Below, piece after piece: positions 49,244 to 61,167 of a stretch of 64,000 nt of DNA. Each line of letters starts with the position of its first letter. The first letter of the stretch is position 1. Made by a program: the position numbers and the translations under genes. Source of the stretch: Macrostomum lignano. Taxonomy: Eukaryota. Location: NCBI GenBank assembly GCA_002269645.1, contig NIVC01000178.1, positions 1 to 64,000 on the forward strand, in the 5' to 3' direction. Under the pieces are notes generated by a model, which saw nothing but the letters and a program-made list of their open reading frames with translations, made no database searches and was not told where the DNA came from.

Positions 49244-52200
49244 ATGTGGCTACTGCTCCTTCTTACAATACTAAAACTAAGCCAGGGTGTAAACGCCTCG
49301 GGTCCAGATGGAACCGACTGTCAGAACTACTCAAACACCTCCCTAGCTGCAGGCATATTGGAAGAGCGACTTGTCAGCAAACTGCTGGATCCAAAGCGGT
49401 ACAACAAGAACCACAGGCCGCCAACGCGACACAGCACTGACGTGATGGTCAACTTGCACATCGTGTCCTTCAGCACGATGAGCGTACAGAATATGGACTT
49501 CACCGTTAATATTTATTTAAGAATGATCTGGAAAGATCAGCGTCTTGTGTACAAATCCACAAAGCCAGACGCGGCAATCAGTTTGCACACAATGAAAGAT
49601 CAACTATGGCTGCCGGACATCTTCTTTCGCAATGCTAAACAGGTGGAGAAGCACGCCGACCCAGTGCCAAATATTCTGGTCAAGCTTCAGCCTTCGGGGA
49701 AGATCTACTTTTCTCAGGTATGCGTTAATTTAGTTGGTTAAGTTAGTTGGTACACTGGCTAATAGTGCACTTGGTACACTGGCTAATAGTGCAGTTGCTA
49801 CACTGGCTAATAGTGCAGTTGGTACACTGGCTAATAGTGCACTTGGTACACTGGCTAATAGTACAGTTGGTACACTGGCTAATAGTGCACTTGGTACACT
49901 GGCTAATAGTGCACTTGGTACACTGGCTAATAGTGCACTTGGTACACTGGCTAAGTTGTTGAATTTCAAGAGCTATAAAATTCATACTTTCCTATTTTCT
50001 GCACAGGTCTGAGCACAGCTCATCGCTAATACTGCTAAAGTTTACACCTCAACAAAGCAGAAATTGTGCCATTCAAAACTTGGAATTAACTTCCTCATTC
50101 TCAGGGCTTCTTGCCATAACATACTTTCCATTATAGGCTGCACTCCTTCCATTATCAACCAAATTTCACTTGTAAGGCTTGCGAGCGCCGGTTATTGCAG
50201 ACCACGAGGAGAGAGGAGCTATCCCATCATGGGATAAACAGAGTTTTCCTGCGTCTCAGAGAAATACAGACAGAGCTCTCCCGATAATGAAAGAAGAATA
50301 TTGCAAAAAAAGGAAAGATAGAAAACACACACTGGGCCCCAGCCTGCTTCCGTCTCAGCACTGCCAGATCCTGTCTCCCACAGTAGGATCAAATTCCAAA
50401 TCTCATTTAGCTGCTGGACAAGAGAAAAGTCTGTCAGCAACGGCGCTAGTTAGTCGCATCCGGGATGAAGAAAAAACACAAACTGAGGCTCCCGCTCGTT
50501 AGAGGGAATGCAAAAAGAAAAAAATTTCGCTGCGTGGCTTGAGGAAACTTTGCAGCGAGATAGTGAACAGATGTACCACAGTCACAAGTGGGTGGGTGGG
50601 TAGATAGATAAGTAGGTAGATAGGTAGGTAAGTAGGTAGGTTGCTAGATAGAAAAGTAGGTAGGTGTGAAGGTTTCTTGGTAGGCAGATAGAGTAGGTAA
50701 GGTAGGCAGGGAGATACGTAGATAGGTATAGGTAGGTAGGTAGAGAAGGGTAGGTAGGTAGGTAGGTAGGTATTGGTAGGCAGATAGGTAGGTAGATAGG
50801 TAGTTTGTTAGGTAGGGAAGTAGGTAGGTAGGTAGGTAGGTAGGTAGGTAGGTAGGTAGGTAGGTAGATAGCAAGGTAGGAAGAGAAGGATATAGACACA
50901 CAGAGTGTAAATGAATAATAGACATGGATATGGATAAGGTCATGAATGAATGTACAATAGATGGATCATATCAAGGTAAATCATGCGTGACAGCACCCTG
51001 GGCCCAGCAGCCAAAAAACAGAGAGGCACGGCAGGGAGAAGCGCCAAAGCATTAGTAAAGCTCAAGTGCACTCAGCTTCATCAATTTTGCTCAATAATTA
51101 ATAGCCGAGGCCGGCATGCTGGGCCAGCTGAGGCACGGGTGACTCAAAGCCAGGCAGATAACGTCTTGCAGCCAGATAATACTTTAGAAAGAAAATTTGT
51201 TCCAACTTTACAAAACTGCCTCCGTCTCGGCGGTTATGCATCGATGAATTCTTTTCAAAAGAGTAGCGAAACAGGGAAGAAACAAGAAACAAGTGCGGTA
51301 TTAGTAAAGCAAGAGGCAGGCGAAAGAGGAGAGGACAAGAAGAGACAAGAGGGAGCGGAAATGAGAATTTTTTGGAGATTTAGGATAAAATGATAAAATA
51401 GGGAAGATAGGTAGAGAAGAGAGGGGGAATAAAGGAGATGATAAAGGGAGGGAAGGAGGTGAGAAGGAGAAAATAAACGGAGAAGAGATGGACAGGAGAT
51501 GGGGAGAGAAGATGGGGAGAGGAGATGGAGAGGAGATGGGGAGAGAAGATGGGGAGAGAAGATGGGGAGAGAAGATGGGGAGAGAAGATGGGGAGAGAAA
51601 ATGGGGAGAGAAGATGGGGAGAGAAGATGGGGAGAGAAAATGGGGAGAGAAGATGGGGAGAGAAGATGGGGAGAGAAAATGGGGAGAGAAGATGGGGAGA
51701 GAAGATGGGGAGAGAAGATGGAGAGGAGATGGGGAGAGAAGATGGGGAGAGGAGATGGGGAGAGGAGATGGGGAGAGAAGATGAGGAGAGGAGATGGGGA
51801 GAGGAGATGGAGAGGAGATGGGGAGAGGAGATGGAGAGGAGATGGGGAGAGAAGATGGGGAGAGGAGATGGGGAGAGAAGATGGGGAGAGGAGATGGGGA
51901 GAGGAGACTGGGAGAGATGGGGAGAGGAGATGGGGAGAGATGGGGAGAGAAGATGGGGAGAGGAGATTGGGAGAGGAGATGGGGAGAGGAGATGGAGAGG
52001 AGATGGGGAGAGAAGATGGGGAGAGGAGATGGGGAGAGAAGATGGGGAGAGGAGATGGGGAGAGGAGATTGGGAGAGGAGATGGGGAGAGGAGATGGGGA
52101 GAGGAGATGGGGAGAGGAGATTGGGAGAGATGGGGAGAGAAGATGGGGAGAGGAGATGGGGAGAGGAGATGGGGAGAGGAGATGGGGAGAGATGGGGAGA

Positions 52201-55096
52201 GAAGATGGGGAGAGGAGATGGGGAGAGGAGATGGGGAGAGGAGATGGGGAGAGGAGATGGGGAGAGATGGGGAGAGGAGATGGGGAGAGATGGGGAGAGG
52301 AGACGGGGAGAGATGGGGAGAGGAGATGGGGAGAGGAGATTGGGAGAGATGGGGAGAGGAGATGGGGAGAGATGGGGAGAGAAGATGGGGAGAGATGGGG
52401 AGAGGAGATGGGGAGAGATGGGGAGAGGAGATGGGGAGAGATGGGGAGAGGAGATGGGAGAGATGGGGAGAGGAGATGGGGAGAGATGGGGAGAGGAGAT
52501 GGGGAGAGATGGGGAGAGGAGATGGGGAGAGATGGGGAGAGGAGATGGGGAGAGATGGGGAGAGGAGATGGGGAGAGATGGGGAGAGGAGATGGGGAGAG
52601 ATGGGGAGAGGAGATGGGGAGAGATGGGGAGAGGAGATGGGGAGAGATGGGGAGAGGAGATGGGGAGAGATGGGGAGAGGAGACGGGGAGAGAAGATGGG
52701 GAGAGGAGATGGGGAGAGGAGATTGGGAGAGATGGGGAGAGGAGATTGGGAGAGATGGGGAGAGAAGATGGGGAGAGGAGATGGGGAGAGGAGATGGGGA
52801 GAGGAGATTGGGAGAGATGGGGAGAGGAGATGGGGAGAGATGGGGAGAGAAGATGGGGAGAGGAGATGGGGAGAGATGGGGAGAGGAGATGGGGAGAGAT
52901 GGGGAGAGGAGACGGGGAGAGATGGGGAGAGGAGATGGGGAGGCAATGACAGAATCCACCCCACCCTATTGAATTCCAGAAGCTGAAAGTACGCCTGTGG
53001 TGCATGATGGACCTTCGCGACTTCCCCTTGGACTGTCAGACCTGCCGCATAGAGATGGGAGCCTACGGCAGCTCGGTGAACGAAGTTCGATTCCACTGGT
53101 TCACCACGAATGTCACCCTTGAGGAGGACGCCATGCAGATACCCGAGTTCTCCGAGCCGAGCATCTCAGTGAAAAACTGCACTAAGAGTTTCTCAGTCAC
53201 TGGGGAATTCGCTTGTCTCAGGGTTGGTCTAAGATTCGAATTTTATTATGATCAGCTGTGCAGCAGAGTCGAGTCCCTGGAGAAATCAGTGTAATAGCAT
53301 AAATGTACATTCGTATAGTTACATAGTGTACTATGTACATAAATGTACATAGCTGCCTTTAAGGAACGGGAAACTTCAAATCAAGATGGAAGCTGTGGGG
53401 TTTTTAATGTTGCTAAATAATTAATTATCAGTTTTATTACTGTAAGTAGAAAGGACGACATTTGAGACGTAAAAAGATTTTTTCGAAGTGAAAATATAAA
53501 CTTAGCTTCTGACTGTCTCGAATTGCATGCATATCTAACGTGTTACAGATCCATTGTATTTTATGGGTGAGTTATGAGATAACACGAATAGGCTCTGGTC
53601 TAACAGGAACAGCCAAATATCTAACAGGAACAGCCGAATATCTAACAGGAACAGCCGAATATCTAACAGGAACAGCCGAATATCTAACAGGAACAGCCGA
53701 ATATCTAACAGGAACAGCCGAATATCTAACAGGAACAGCCGCATATCTAACAGGAACAGCCGAATATCTAACAGAAACAACCGAATATCAGGAAACCCAC
53801 ATATCTAACAGGAAGAGGCCCTGGTCTAACAGAAACTGTCAAATATCTAACAGGAAACCCGCATTTCTAACAGGATAACCCGCATGTCTAACAGGAGCAG
53901 ACTATGATCTAACAGGAACATCTGCATACGTAATAGGAACACCCGCATACCTAGCAGGAACACCCATATATCTAACAGGAAGAGCCAAACATCGAACAGG
54001 AACGCCATTGATAAAAATAGGCCCATAATAATACCTAATAATTGGTAGTAACGGCTACATTATCTAACAGACAGTAGATTGACTAACAGGACACGAACAT
54101 TCTTTCGGCCCGCAGGCGAACATCCGCATGCGCCGATCATTCGGTTTCTACCTGATGAACACCTACGCCCCGTTCACCCTAATGGTGTGCATCAGCTGGG
54201 CTGGATTCTGGATCGATGCCAGGGCCACCCCAGCCCGGGTGACCATATCCTTCCTGACTGTGCTGGCCGTGGTCACGCAGAACGCCGGCGCCCAGATGAC
54301 CGGCATGCCCAGAGTGAGCTACGCCAAGGCCATCGACCTGTTCATGATGGCCAGCCTCATGTTCGTCATCGCCGCTCTGTTGGAGTTTGCCGCAGCCAGC
54401 TTCTTGGCCAGGCAGCGCGACAAGCCGGGACTGGACGGCGGCCGGTTCAGTAGGCGTCGTCCGAGACAAGGAGGTGGGTGCGGCTGACATAACTGTCTGA
54501 TAGCTGACGCTCGTACCTAACAGCTCCGACACTCGTATCTAACAGCTCCGACACTCGTATCTAACAGCTCCGACACTCGTATCTAACAGCTCCGACACTC
54601 GTATCTAACAGCTCCGACACTCATATCTAACAGGTCCGACACTCATATCTAACAGGTCCGACACTCATATCTAACAGGTCCGACACTCATATCTAACAGC
54701 TCCGACACTCGTATCTAACAGCTATGACAATTGTATCTAACAGCTCCGATACTCGAATCTAACAGCTCCGATACTCGAATCTAACAACTCCGACACTTGT
54801 ATCTAACAGCTCTGAAACTCGTATCTAACACTGCAGACAGGAACGCGACAGAAGCCCAGAATTCCCCGGTGGAACTCGGCAACAAATTCAATGAAGAAGC
54901 TGCAGTCGCTCTGGAAATGCGCCAGTCGCCAGAAAATCGACTTGAACCAGAAGAAGGTCAACGCCGCAACTGTTGGACGCCTCGAAGTTTGGATTATTGG
55001 AGTCGGTTCATTTTTCCCACAGTTTATGCGCTGTTCCAAGCTGTCTACTGGGCCTACTACACTAGGGGGAGGGACCATTGTGGAGGTGGCGCCTAG
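49244..55096 (+). CDS. Cys-loop ligand-gated chloride channel subunit (GlyR/GluCl-like), 444 aa
   Basis: Model join(49244..49717,52980..53222,54116..54473,54837..55096), 1335 nt, phases 0, 0, 1. Signal peptide; LWLPDIFF; Cys loop CMMDLRDFPLDCQTC; second loop-C Cys pair CTKSFSVTGEFAC; M1 RRSFGFYLMNTYAP; PAR anion filter; M3 KAIDLF...ALLEFA; M4 LDYWSRFIFP. Confidence 0.92.
49747..49953. repeat. 24-bp minisatellite
   Basis: Unit TTGGTACACTGGCTAATAGTGCAC, ~8.5 copies. Confidence 0.95.
50590..50995 (+). repeat. (GGTA)n microsatellite with unique tail; dispersed repeat, copy 2
   Basis: Matches 48715-49020 in the same orientation. Confidence 0.8.
51490..52940. repeat. Purine-rich GGAGATGGGGAGA satellite
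   Basis: About 1.45 kb almost free of C; recurrent GGGG runs. Confidence 0.95.
53599..54070. repeat. 21-bp minisatellite, degenerating 3'
   Basis: Unit TATCTAACAGGAACAGCCGAA. Confidence 0.9.
54515..54830. repeat. 22-bp minisatellite
   Basis: Unit TATCTAACAGCTCCGACACTCG. Confidence 0.93.
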
Positions 55097-55118
55097 CTGC
55101 TGAACATTTGACATTGAG

Positions 55119-55433
55119 CAGGTGGCATCCCTGTTGAACAGGTGACATCCCTGTTGAACAGGTGACATCCTTGTTGAACAGGTGGCATCCCTGTTGAACA
55201 GGTGACATCCCTTTCTTTTGAACAGGTGACATCCCTTTCTTTTGAACAGGTGACATCCCTGTTGAACAGGTGACATCCCTTTTGAACAGGTGACATCCCT
55301 GTCGAACATGTGACATCCCTGTTGAACAGGTGACATTCTCACAGATGTGAGAATCTCTCACAGATGTCCCTGTTGAACAGGTGACATCCCTGTTGAACAT
55401 GTGGCATCCCTGTTGAACAGGTGACATCCCTGT
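55119..55433. repeat. 20-bp minisatellite just 3' of the stop codon
   Basis: Unit CAGGTGACATCCCTGTTGAA. Confidence 0.92.
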
Positions 55434-56068
55434 TGTTCAAGTGGTGTCTGCTAAATGCGCTATCCTTCTATAAACTTAAGAATTTGTTGTCAGTGAATTC
55501 CGAATATTCATGCCGATATAAAGCATCGAAATCATTCCTGAACTATACAACATAAAGTGCTCGTAACTTTACCACGCAAATTAATACAATATCTACTTAT
55601 AACTACTTACGCGTAAAGTAGTATGAATGGTATATTGCAAATAAAACTAAATTCTCATTAGCTGTATCACGTTTCGAATATCTATTTATTGATCATATCA
55701 GCCTGCCCCTATTCAAAGAGATTCTTCTGCCTTTCGGGTTTCTCATTTCCTGAGTAGTGAAGATAGAATTATTATTGCCGGTCAGTCTCGCTGTTGACAG
55801 GAAACAATCAGGCAAAGAGAATCTCTCAATGCCTGCACACACAAAGGCGCGGATCAGCAGAAGGAGCCGTTGGAGACACAAAAAAGAAAATGATTTTCCC
55901 GGCTCCTGTCCTTATTAGAAGAGTCAGTGAAGCCGACTGACGCGGGTCTTTGCTATAAGATGGAAGATTTCATTAGTCTGAAGGGTCTCAGGCCTCGCCA
56001 TTTCCAAAACATAATTTCGAATAAATTTGTAAGGCATATTCTCTGTAAGTAGCCCTCTGTATACGGCT

Positions 56069-56367
56069 CTGTGCCAGCGGCCCAGGCTCGATTCCAAACG
56101 CAGTCACATAATTTAGGGCTAAATTTGAATCTCAGCTTGGCTCTGAGATTGCAGTTAACGGTGCAGTTAACGCCATTGAGGGCCAAGTGAAGATGTGTAC
56201 ATGCCTAACGATAAATAAAGTTAAGGCCGCTGTACACTCCTGTGTGAGTGTGTGCCTGTGCGTATGACTGCGTACGCATCCGCGCGCTTGTGTGCCTGCT
56301 CAGGGGAGTCGGCGGAATGGGCAGCAATGACTCTCGCCGGTTGTGTGACAATGTCGCTTAAAGTGCG
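56069..56367 (+). mobile_element. SINE-like dispersed repeat, copy 2
   Basis: Homologous to 2275-2571; B-box-like GGCTCGATTCC at the 5' end. Confidence 0.6.
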
Positions 56368-56513
56368 CCTTTAAACTGAACACTCGCAAGCTTCCTAATA
56401 ACTACCCTAAGAGCTCTTAAGAGTCCAAGTGACGTGTAAGGGGTCAAGGATGGCTACGCATCACCTAATCGGCTGGCAAAGTATGTGGCACACCCTTTAC
56501 ACGTGATATAGCT

Positions 56514-57910
56514 TTGGCGCCCCTGGTGCTGGCGCCCCTGGTGCTGGCGCCCCTGGTGCTGGCGCCCCTGGTGCTGGCGCCCCTGGTGCTGGCGCCCCTG
56601 GTGCTGGCGCCCCTGGTGCTGGGGCCCCTGGTGCTGAAGCCCCTGGTGCTAAAGCCCCTGGTGCTAAAGCCCCTGGTGCTAAAGCCCCTGGTGCTAAAAC
56701 CCCTGGTGCTGGCGCCCCTGGTGCTGGCGCCCCTGGTGCTGGCGCCCCTGGTGCTGGCGCCCCTGGTGCTGGCGCCCCTGGTGCTGGCGCCCCTGGTGCT
56801 GGCGCCCCTGGTGCTGGCGCCCCTGGTGCTGGCGCCCCTGGTGCTGGCGCCCCTGGTGCTGGCGCCCCTGGTGCTGGCGCCCCTGGTGCTGGCGCCCCTG
56901 GTGCTGGCGCCCCTGGTGCTGGCGCCCCTGGTGCTGGCGCCCCTGGTGCTGGCGCCCCTGGTGCTGGCGCCCCTGGTGCTGGCGCCCCTGGTGCTGGCGC
57001 CCCTGGTGCTGGCGCCCCTGGTGCTGGCGCCCCTGGTGCTGGCGCCCCTGGTGCTGGCGCCCCTGGTGCTGGCGCCCCTGGTGCTGGCGCCCCTGGTGCT
57101 GGCGCCCCTGGTGCTAAAGCCTCTGGTTCTAAAGACACTGGTTCTAAAGCCCCTGGTTCTAAAGCCTCTGGTTCTAAAGACACTGGTTCTAAAGCCCCTG
57201 GTTCTAAAGAACCTGGTTCTAAAGACACTGGTTCTAAAGCCCCTGGTTCTAAAGACACTGGTTCTAAAGCCCCTGGTTCTAAAGAACCTGGTTCTAAAGA
57301 CACTGGTTCTAAAGCCCCTGGTTCTAAAGAACCTGGTTCTAAAGACACTGGTTCTGGCGCCCCTGGTTCTAAAGACACTGGTTCTAAAGCCCCTGGTTCT
57401 AAAGACACTGGTTCTAAAGCCCCTGGTTCTAAAGCCTCTGGTTCTAAAGACACTGGTTCTAAAGCCCCTGGTTCTAAAGAACCTGGTTCTAAAGACACTG
57501 GTTCTAAAGCCTCTGGTTCTAAAGACACTGGTTCTAAAGCCCCTGGTTCTAAAGCCTCTGGTTCTAAAGACACTGGTTCTAAAGCCCCTGGTTCTAAAGA
57601 ACCTGGTTCTAAAGACACTGGTTCTAAAGCCCCTGGTTCTAAAGACACTGGTTCTAAAGCCCCTGGTTCGAAAGCCTCTCGTTCTAAAGACACTGGTTCT
57701 AAAGCCCCTGGTTCTAAAGAACCTGGTTCTAAAGACACTGGTTCTAAAGACACTGGTTCTGGCGCCCCTGGTTCTAAAGCCCCTGGTGCTGGCGCCCCTG
57801 GTGCTGGCGCCCCTGGTGCTGGCGCCCCTGGTGCTGGCGCCCCTGGTGCTGGCGCCCCTGGTGCTGGCGCCCCTGGTGCTAAAGAACCTGATGCTAAAGC
57901 CAATCCCTGG
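56514..57910. repeat. 15-bp minisatellite with variant blocks
   Basis: CCCTGGTGCTGGCGC blocks flank a central block of (C/A)CTGGTTCTAAAG(C/A) variants. Confidence 0.96.
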
Positions 57911-59989
57911 TGCTTCACGTCTTCACACATCACTGAACCACGAATGACATTGCTTAACTTCTTCAAGACTCTGACAGTATAAATGAATTTAAATATTTAT
58001 TCAAAAGGTATATTCTTTCTGCTGTGCCATTGGATTTATATAATGGCAAAGGAACCATGAGAATATAAATTGCCTGTCTTATACATTGATAGCAGCAAAA
58101 TCAACTTTAAGAAATTTATGAATGATGGAGTCTTTCATATTTTGTTTGAAAGTTATACTTACTTCGATATTAAATTATTATTTATAAAATAAATATTTCC
58201 TTTATATAATTATTTCATTTATAATCAGTTAGTTTTTAATACTCGTATATACATAATAATATAATATAACTGCAGTGCCACTGTGCTTTAATTAAAAAAT
58301 TAACAATAGACCCTATGGATGACTAAATTCCTTAAACATATATTATGTTTCTTAAAAGTATATAAATTAACTAAAATGCAAGTTTTGGGCTCTGGTATTT
58401 TGTGCTTTATTTTAAGTTTTACTCAAATTAAATTCCAAAAAACTAAAACGTTTAAAATATTATTTACTCTTTTGATTCTAGTATTAAATAGGATTTGATA
58501 AAGTTCCATATCTCTCTATTGAACTGAATGCAAAATAAGCCGATGAACATTGTAGTTGACTTGATTCTTATTTAAATGGAACTGCTTAAAGTTATAAATT
58601 AGCTATATAAAACCAGAAGACTATTTAGATAGAAAGCAAAACATAGGAAATACTCTATTTAAAACAATAGCTAATATTTCAATATAGTCAATCTTTCAAG
58701 CACGCCTTAATGAATTATTACGTACCTTGAATTCTGCTTATAGACCAAGACTTTCTCGAGTATATGCAGTAAGCTGCAATTGTAGCGCATGCCCCTAAGC
58801 TAGCCAAAGCAATTGTTCTTTGGTTTAGCAAATTCAAAATATTCGACATCTTAAAGATAGAAAACTGAAAGTATCTTGGCCTAGGCCAAAAGTGCGAACG
58901 TCACATTTCTGTGGAGTAAAACTCGCGAACTTCCAAACTGCCAAAAGATTTTAGAGGAACAACAACAAGTCTCGTTAATTCAAAAGCATTTATACAGTGT
59001 TTTCCTTCTATGAAAAGATATCGATCTGTTTTCGATTTTCGTGTCTTTCTCTGAAAACGCCTAATTTCAAATTATTACCGTGGCTCTTTTCCACGTGGTA
59101 TAACTAAACTCTAGCAAAAAGCTTCCAAGGCGAGTTTTATTGGCGATAATTTCTTGTTATTACTTGTTTTGCATTATAAACTCAGCAAAAAGATGGAAAA
59201 GAACCCTGAAGACCCAAAGTGGGGCGAACCATTACCCCCATCTTTTTGTATAGAAACAAATTGTTGTTCTTCTGTAGCCTGAGTTCGCTGTCTATATAAG
59301 GGTATCTAAACATTTTATATTATGTTTTTTGGATGCAATTACTCCTACAAAATTTGTTTCTACATGGATGTTACTAAATATTAAGCTCGGCGGATTAACA
59401 GACTACTTAAGTGACGTTATATATTTACCTCAGTTTATTCTTTGTAGCATTGAGAATTTTTATCCTCACCCCTTATATATGAGGAAGCACATGCATTATC
59501 ATAGTGATGATAATTAAAAGCACAAATTTTTAACAAGTATTATAAACATGTTACGATCTAAGTATATACTACAGGACATTAAATTAACATGCAATAATAC
59601 CAAGAACGTACGATCAAGTAAGTCGGAAACTACGTTTCTTGGAAAATTTTAGGAAGCAGGGTTCTACCAAAAAATACATTACGAATAAAATAAAATACAT
59701 AGTACACAAAGAATAAAATACATAGTACACAAAGAATAAAATACATAGCTAGAGGTTTTCAGTTTTTCAGCACAAAAGTTGTTCTTGCTTTTGATAGAAA
59801 AGCAAGGATCCAAATGCTCATCTTTTGATACGGCTTATATATCTTTTAAATATAGCTCTACATGCAGTATATTGATTTTCACAAAGCTTTCGGTGCCCCT
59901 AAAATTTTCCAAGAAACGTAGTTTCCCGTCCCTCCACTTGAGTAGTACTTAATAGCTACACGCATATGGAAACTACATGATATATATAC

Positions 59990-60140
59990 AACCCCCTGTA
60001 TGTATATACATATGTATACATATACATGTATGTATACATGCATACATACATATGTATGTAATATATACATTTACATATATGTATATATATGTAAATGTAT
60101 ATACGTATGTATATGATATATATATATATATATATACAGT
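59990..60140. repeat. TA-rich microsatellite
   Basis: Imperfect (TA)n/(TATG)n/(TACA)n. Confidence 0.9.
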
Positions 60141-61047
60141 GTACAATACATATTTACAAGCATCGTAAATAAAAGACAAATCGATTACGGTAGCTACCGA
60201 GTTCCCCTGCAGCTTTGGCACCCGCAAACAATGCAGTCGCATTCATAAATTACTTCTAAGTATGTAAAGAAAGATCTATACACTTTATTTCCATACGTAT
60301 ATAACAGCTAGTTTTTTCTTGATCCCGAGGCCCAGGCGCGACGTGAATTTTTTGAACAAAGATAATGGCCATTCGCATTTGTTCGTAGTTGTTTGTAAAT
60401 CAAGCTTCGTAACTGAAAGAGCCCCCAAGTTTCCACTTAATGAAGCACATCTATATAACTATAGTAGGGAATAAAAACCAATGCCGATTGGAATTGAGTA
60501 GCTACTCGAAATTCACGTGGCGTGCATCTACGTGTATTCACTGATTGAAATCTCACTACATGTAATAATGACGCGTATAGAGACAATGAACCAAAGCTGG
60601 CAAAATCTCACCCACCCATGGAAAAAGCAAGCAGCGATTTTCTATAAAGACGAAAAAAGTACATAAATTTACCTTAACTACTGTGTAAACAAAGTGCGCA
60701 CTTTCTCGGAACGCGTAAATTAATTCCAGATTTTTAATCCTGCTTTTATTAGATTTTATCCGCAAACGGGTACCGTGGATCCAATTCCATCCCTCGTTCC
60801 CGCTAAAGCTGATCCAGAAGTCCATGACATTTTGATGAAGAACGAGAACAGGCTCTCGATGTTTTCGGTTTAATCGGCGCTCACAATCGTAGTAAAATTA
60901 TTGCGTTTCTTAGTACTGCATTATTCTACAAAAAAGTGGGAAATTTTGATCCCAGTATAGTTTCTCGCATAAATAACATTTGTAAGACTAGCTGGCTGGC
61001 AAAGAAACTCAGAAAACAGTGTTTAGACCAGCAAAGTGCTTGCAGCC

Positions 61048-61084
61048 ATTGGCCAATGAGGGAAGGACAGCGCGCCGCTATAAA
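61048..61084 (+). promoter_or_regulatory. Candidate core promoter: palindromic double CCAAT box and TATA box
   Basis: ATTGGCCAAT at 61048-61057 and TATAAA at 61079-61084, 84 nt before the ATG at 61168. Confidence 0.5.
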
Positions 61085-61167
61085 TTGGGTGCTGTTCCAA
61101 TAGACCGCAAAAGCTGGCACTCACGAACAGAAGTTGAAAATACGCTCTCATTAACAGAATTGGTACA

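Noticed and set aside
51255-53096. Several 400-600-aa Pro/Ser or Gly/Glu/Arg ORFs in all frames
   Set aside because: Translation of the GA-rich satellite inside intron 1 of the channel gene.
58000-59800. AT-rich stretch as a transposase remnant
   Set aside because: No sustained frame, terminal repeats or recognisable motif found by eye.
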